NCBI GenBank assembly: GCA_965223665.1
Contig: OZ245011.1
Coordinates: 768,001-832,000, forward strand
From: Nitrospinaceae bacterium
Lineage (GTDB): Bacteria; Nitrospinota; Nitrospinia; Nitrospinales; Nitrospinaceae
DNA length: 64,000 bases
Reading direction: 5' to 3'
Below, piece after piece: positions 60,039-64,000 of the stretch (positions are counted from its first letter, which is position 1; every line of letters starts with the position of its first letter). Made by a program: the position numbers and the translations under genes. The notes under the pieces are model-generated. The model saw only the letters and a list, made by a program, of their open reading frames with translations, was not told the DNA's origin and did not search any database.

Positions 60039-60464
60039 CTAACCTTGCGCCGTCTCGGTAACTGCGGCCCTTATAGTTGATCCTCGCTTACTCATTAACT
60101 GGATTGCGGCGTTATAAGCTATTTGATTTTCTGCAAGTTTCATCATTTCATTATCAATATTTACATTATTGCCATTATTTTTAACTGGATACGAAATTTC
60201 AAAGGGGTTGGCGGATATAGAGTTGATTTCATTACTTCCAATACCCATATGCATTCGATGAGTTTTTTTCATTGAAATTTCACCATTTTGGCCCATTACT
60301 TCTTTCAATTGAGATTTAAAATCCAAATCTTTAGCCAAATAACCCGGAGTGTCCAAATTACTGATATTACTTGAAACTAAGAGATGACGCTGGGAATGAA
60401 AATCCAATGATTTCTTTAAAATTTTTGGTGTACGATCTGAAAAAAGTAATTTATCAATTAGCAT
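60039..60464 (-). CDS. flgB: Flagellar basal-body rod protein FlgB
   Basis: SNISNLDTPGYLAKDLDF, TH..H, NGNNVNIDNEM..LAENQI.Y. Confidence 0.95.
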   Translation of the reverse strand: MLIDKLLFSDRTPKILKKSLDFHSQRHLLVSSNISNLDTPGYLAKDLDFKSQLKEVMGQNGEISMKKTHRMHMGIGSNEINSISANPFEISYPVKNNGNNVNIDNEMMKLAENQIAYNAAIQLMSKRGSTIRAAVTETAQG

Positions 60465-60486
60465 ATTTTACCTCAATTTGATAAAA

Positions 60487-60502
60487 AGCAAACTTTGTAC
60501 CA
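60487..60502 (-). promoter_or_regulatory. Sigma-54 (-24/-12) promoter for flgB-fliE
   Basis: On -: TGGTAC-AAAGT-TTGCT (GG-N10-GC; consensus TGGCAC-N5-TTGCW), just upstream of the GAGG RBS and flgB ATG. Confidence 0.75.
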
Positions 60503-60786
60503 TCTTTTGCAAACTGCCCTCTTTTTTGCAAAACTAAAATCATTGAATTTGGCGGCTTTAAATGCAATCTTAGTCCATTTTTTACCTATTTGTTTTTTAT
60601 TTGGAAACACCATGCAAATTTTTCCCAATCGGAGCGTCAAATAATCCCTGTATTTTCAAAAACTAAATTAAAATTGACGGTGCGCTTAAACTAATAAATT
60701 TGGGAAAAAGAATATTTGTGGTGGGCAAAATCTCAAAAATGTATTTATAATTAATTTACTTTTGAATATTTTTTTTACTCAATTAT

Positions 60787-63615
60787 ATGAAACTATCCAA
60801 CCTAGGAACTAAACTCCAGAGTTTTGACAAAGAAAGTCTTTCAGACATACTTCACTTTACGGCTACAGGAATAAAAGCAATTTTCCAGTGTGATTCAGTA
60901 AGATTTTATTTAGAGGATTTATATGAGGGAATGCTTATTTGTCATTATGTCACTGGGCAAAATCAACCTGACAAACATCGAATAACAAAATATATCTCAT
61001 CCAAAGAATCTATTTCTTCCCAAGCTTTTTATGATAATGAAGTCACTGTTTCTTGGGATATTGAGGGAGGACTGAGCAATTTTCGAAATCCTTATGAATC
61101 TATTGCTGGAATAAAAAGTACAGCCGTCTTTCCAATAATGTTTCAGATGAGGCCCATCGGCACACTTAATCTTGATTGGAATAAAGAAGGACGAAATTTA
61201 ACATCAAGTCAAATTGATTCCATCGTCTCTTTTTTAACTACCATTAGCCCCATTATTCAAAGGGCAAAGAGTTACCATCAGAAAATTTCATTTTCTAAGC
61301 ATCTTGATAACGCACGCAAAAAAGATGGTGCCTGGTTAATGATGCGTTCCGCAGTTAACTTAATTGAAAAATTAGAATTGGCTTCCGTTTTAATACCATC
61401 CATAAAAATACCGCAAACTTTAAAAGAAATGGTCCCTTCTGACTTAGTTGAGATATTGGCGGTTTACACAAAAAATATAGATCATGTTGGAATTTACGAC
61501 AATAAAGAACAAATCAGTGTCCTAAAAGGTGACCATTTAATTAACAAAATCGTTCATTATGACAAAAATAAGGGACTCTTGATGAACAATGCGTTTCAAG
61601 AAACTATCTATCATAAAAATATTATGAATGAAAAGTTTTCCCGCAAATCTATTGTTAGCAAAATAAATTTAGTTTCATTATACCAGGTACCAAAATACGA
61701 CCCGGATTCTGGACAATTTATTTGTGCCGTTAATTATTACACCAGCGAACCCTATGAATTTACTCCTTTTGAAAAAGGATTATTGCAAGAACATGCTTCG
61801 ATGGTAGAGAATTTGATATTAGAGAAAAGTTCTACTCATATCGAAATTCAAGTATTAAGTGAGATTGAAGGATTACTATCAGAATCGGATAGTTCTCTTC
61901 AAACCTTTCTACATAATATTTTGGCAAAAACCTCTGAGTTATTGGGAGCCGATTGTGGAACCATTAGTCTTTTACAGTTTATTGATGACACTCCCTGGTT
62001 AGTTGTTGAAAGCGATGAGGGGAAATTAATCGGTGCCAAGTCTCGAGGATGGAAAAAAAATAAAATTCCTCCACTCCGTGTTGGAGGAAATGATTTACAC
62101 CATGATTTAAGATCGTTAAATGGTTACTGTGCCCATACTGCCAGACCCGTTTTGTTTGAAGATGTTCAAAATCCCGAAATTACTCAAGGGTTTTATAAAA
62201 ATCTATCTCAATCTATTCGGTCAGAATTAGCCGTTCCAATTATTTTTGATAATCGTGTTTTGGGAGTGATCAATCAGGATAGTTTCCAGGTTAATTATTT
62301 TAATGAAGAACATAAAAAAATATTACAGATTATTTCCACCTTAATATCGCAAAGGGTCCATCACTTACTTCAAATTGACGAAGTAAAACGAGAAATGGCA
62401 GTGGTAAGAAAAGATATCGAATACCGTGATCCAAATGTTTCTTCTTATTATTTGGGAAATGTCATAGGTAAAAGTCGAAAAATTCATAATTTAGTTAAAC
62501 AAATCGATACCGTTGCTGAATCCATTTGTAACCGCATGCTGAATTGGGACCGGGGAAAACAATGGGAAGCTTTAATGGGCTTACCCTGTCTATTAATCAC
62601 TGGAAGCACAGGGACAGGCAAAGAATTTTTTTTCAATAATATTTATTCAAGAATCTCAGAGATTTTCAGTTCTATTAAAGGCCCAGGGTTTCAACTTCCT
62701 CTCAGAAAAACCAACATTGCGGCCTATAGTGGAGAACTTACTTATAGTGAATTATTTGGTCATAAAAAAGGTGCCTTCACCGGTGCAGAATCCAATCGCC
62801 AGGGAATATTAGAAGAAGCTGATGGAGGGATCGTCTTTCTTGATGAGATCGGAGATGCCGATCCAAAAACCCAAGTTCAATTGTTAAGGTTTCTGGATAC
62901 TGGAGCTTTTATGCGGCTGGGGGAAAGCCAGCCAAGATACTCTAGAATATTTCTAGTCGCCGCAACAAACAAGAATCTAAGTAAAGAAATTGAGGAAGGG
63001 AGATTTCGAGAAGATTTGTTTCATAGAATGAATGCCTTAACCTTTTATATTCCCTCTCTAAACCAGCGAAGGGAAGATATTGAAGATTTAGCCACTCACT
63101 TTTTGGGTCGATTATCTCAAACGTATAAAAACGATTCTTTAAACAATACCCTTTATACATTAGATCCAAAAGCAATTGATCTTTTAAAATCCTATCAATA
63201 TAGAGGAAATGTCAGGGAATTAAAAAATATACTATTGCGATCCGTAATGTTCAGCAAAGGCCCGCTGATTAAGCGTGAAGATATAATCGAGGCCAACAAG
63301 GATAACTGGTCGGAACCCAGTTTAATTTCTCAGGAAACTTCACAATTTGAGAAAAACGTTCTAGAAACTTTAGAAAATTCAGGAGGAACCTTTTGGTCCC
63401 ATGTATATGAACCATTTAAAGACAAACAAATCACACGTGACAATGTAAAATCCTTTATTGAGATGGCTAGAAATAAATATCAAGCAAATCTCCCAGGTTT
63501 AGCACTTAAACTTGGAGTCTGCGGAAATGAATTTCGCAAGAATCCAAAAGAATATAAAAAATTTATTAGCTTTAAAAACTTCTTATACAAAACAATAAAA
63601 ATATCCGAGGATTAA
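60787..63615 (+). CDS. Sigma-54-dependent enhancer-binding activator with GAF domains
   Basis: GAF-like motifs ([28 protein letters not shown]), Walker [42 protein letters not shown]. Confidence 0.9.
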   Translation: MKLSNLGTKLQSFDKESLSDILHFTATGIKAIFQCDSVRFYLEDLYEGMLICHYVTGQNQPDKHRITKYISSKESISSQAFYDNEVTVSWDIEGGLSNFRNPYESIAGIKSTAVFPIMFQMRPIGTLNLDWNKEGRNLTSSQIDSIVSFLTTISPIIQRAKSYHQKISFSKHLDNARKKDGAWLMMRSAVNLIEKLELASVLIPSIKIPQTLKEMVPSDLVEILAVYTKNIDHVGIYDNKEQISVLKGDHLINKIVHYDKNKGLLMNNAFQETIYHKNIMNEKFSRKSIVSKINLVSLYQVPKYDPDSGQFICAVNYYTSEPYEFTPFEKGLLQEHASMVENLILEKSSTHIEIQVLSEIEGLLSESDSSLQTFLHNILAKTSELLGADCGTISLLQFIDDTPWLVVESDEGKLIGAKSRGWKKNKIPPLRVGGNDLHHDLRSLNGYCAHTARPVLFEDVQNPEITQGFYKNLSQSIRSELAVPIIFDNRVLGVINQDSFQVNYFNEEHKKILQIISTLISQRVHHLLQIDEVKREMAVVRKDIEYRDPNVSSYYLGNVIGKSRKIHNLVKQIDTVAESICNRMLNWDRGKQWEALMGLPCLLITGSTGTGKEFFFNNIYSRISEIFSSIKGPGFQLPLRKTNIAAYSGELTYSELFGHKKGAFTGAESNRQGILEEADGGIVFLDEIGDADPKTQVQLLRFLDTGAFMRLGESQPRYSRIFLVAATNKNLSKEIEEGRFREDLFHRMNALTFYIPSLNQRREDIEDLATHFLGRLSQTYKNDSLNNTLYTLDPKAIDLLKSYQYRGNVRELKNILLRSVMFSKGPLIKREDIIEANKDNWSEPSLISQETSQFEKNVLETLENSGGTFWSHVYEPFKDKQITRDNVKSFIEMARNKYQANLPGLALKLGVCGNEFRKNPKEYKKFISFKNFLYKTIKISED

Positions 63616-63893
63616 TTATTTTTTAGTTTTTCATTTTTATAAGCTTCCACGACTTTATTGCGAATCATTTTTTTCAAATCTATATTCTCAGCCACTACAA
63701 CTTCCTTATATTGACCCCCTTTTCCTGGTATACTCGGAAATTTGATAAATATTCCTCCATTATCTTTTTCAAATATTTTAATTCCTTTTATTATCAAGGA
63801 ATCTTCAAATTTAATTTCTGCGTATGCCTTTAAATCCTTAAAAGGCAGCCCAGGATCAAAGGGATAAATTTTTACATTGGAAATAGTGATCAT
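63612..63893 (-). CDS. spoVG: SpoVG-family nucleic-acid-binding protein
   Basis: ISNVKI, LKAYA.I.F...L.IKGIKI.E...G.FI.FPS, YKEVV, IRNKVVEAY. Confidence 0.8.
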   Translation of the reverse strand: MITISNVKIYPFDPGLPFKDLKAYAEIKFEDSLIIKGIKIFEKDNGGIFIKFPSIPGKGGQYKEVVVAENIDLKKMIRNKVVEAYKNEKLKNN

Positions 63894-64000
63894 ATCCTTA
63901 CATCCTTTAAATAGTCTGGACGAACAGGGTTTTATCCTGTTAAAATAAGCTGTCGCGAAAAATCTTAAAGATTTTAAGCTTTTATTTTTTCAATATTATA

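Noticed and set aside
60549..60566. Sigma-54 promoter on + for the bEBP gene (TTGGCGGCTTTAAATGCA)
   Set aside because: GG-to-GC spacing is 11 or 8 nt, not the required 10.
1567..63175. Many 60-185 aa ORFs in the track that are antisense to or nested in longer genes (e.g. 6657-7133, 37277-37834, 46244-46606)
   Set aside because: They are shadows of well-supported genes, with no motifs or independent RBS seen.

Overview
AT-rich (roughly one-third GC by eye), gene-dense core-chromosome segment of a diderm bacterium. The gene content points to a Nitrospinota-like organism (inference, not a database result): mitochondrial-type aconitase, split b6-type Rieske/cytochrome b with an octaheme cytochrome c, two RI-like LRR proteins, two FGE-sulfatase-domain proteins, an SmbP-like protein and SpoVG. 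Housekeeping blocks: ftsE-ftsX-envC-ctpA-tsaD; mfd-PPIase-surA-tilS-ftsH-folP-pdxJ-gap-tpiA-secG-tRNA-Leu(GAG); aguB-aguA; rne; gpsA-larB; a glycosylation cluster. I saw no CRISPR array, transposase, integrase, prophage or rRNA. Most interesting observations: (1) the Rieske/cyt b/subunit IV/octaheme operon is flanked by two apparent pseudo-enzymes, a lipoamide-dehydrogenase-like flavoprotein lacking its catalytic Cys pair and His-Glu, and a membrane-anchored Mrr-fold protein lacking the QxK motif; (2) a self-contained sigma-54 flgB-fliE unit lacks flgC and is divergent from a multi-GAF enhancer-binding protein; (3) a 59-aa SH3-like ORF is missed by the ORF track; (4) PGK is elongated, divergent and separated from gap-tpiA; (5) an HmuY-like protein carries a Cys/Met-rich loop. 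The frameshifts in mfd and in a large glycosyltransferase both look like single-base losses in homopolymers, probably sequencing errors. All functional calls come from reading motifs by eye.
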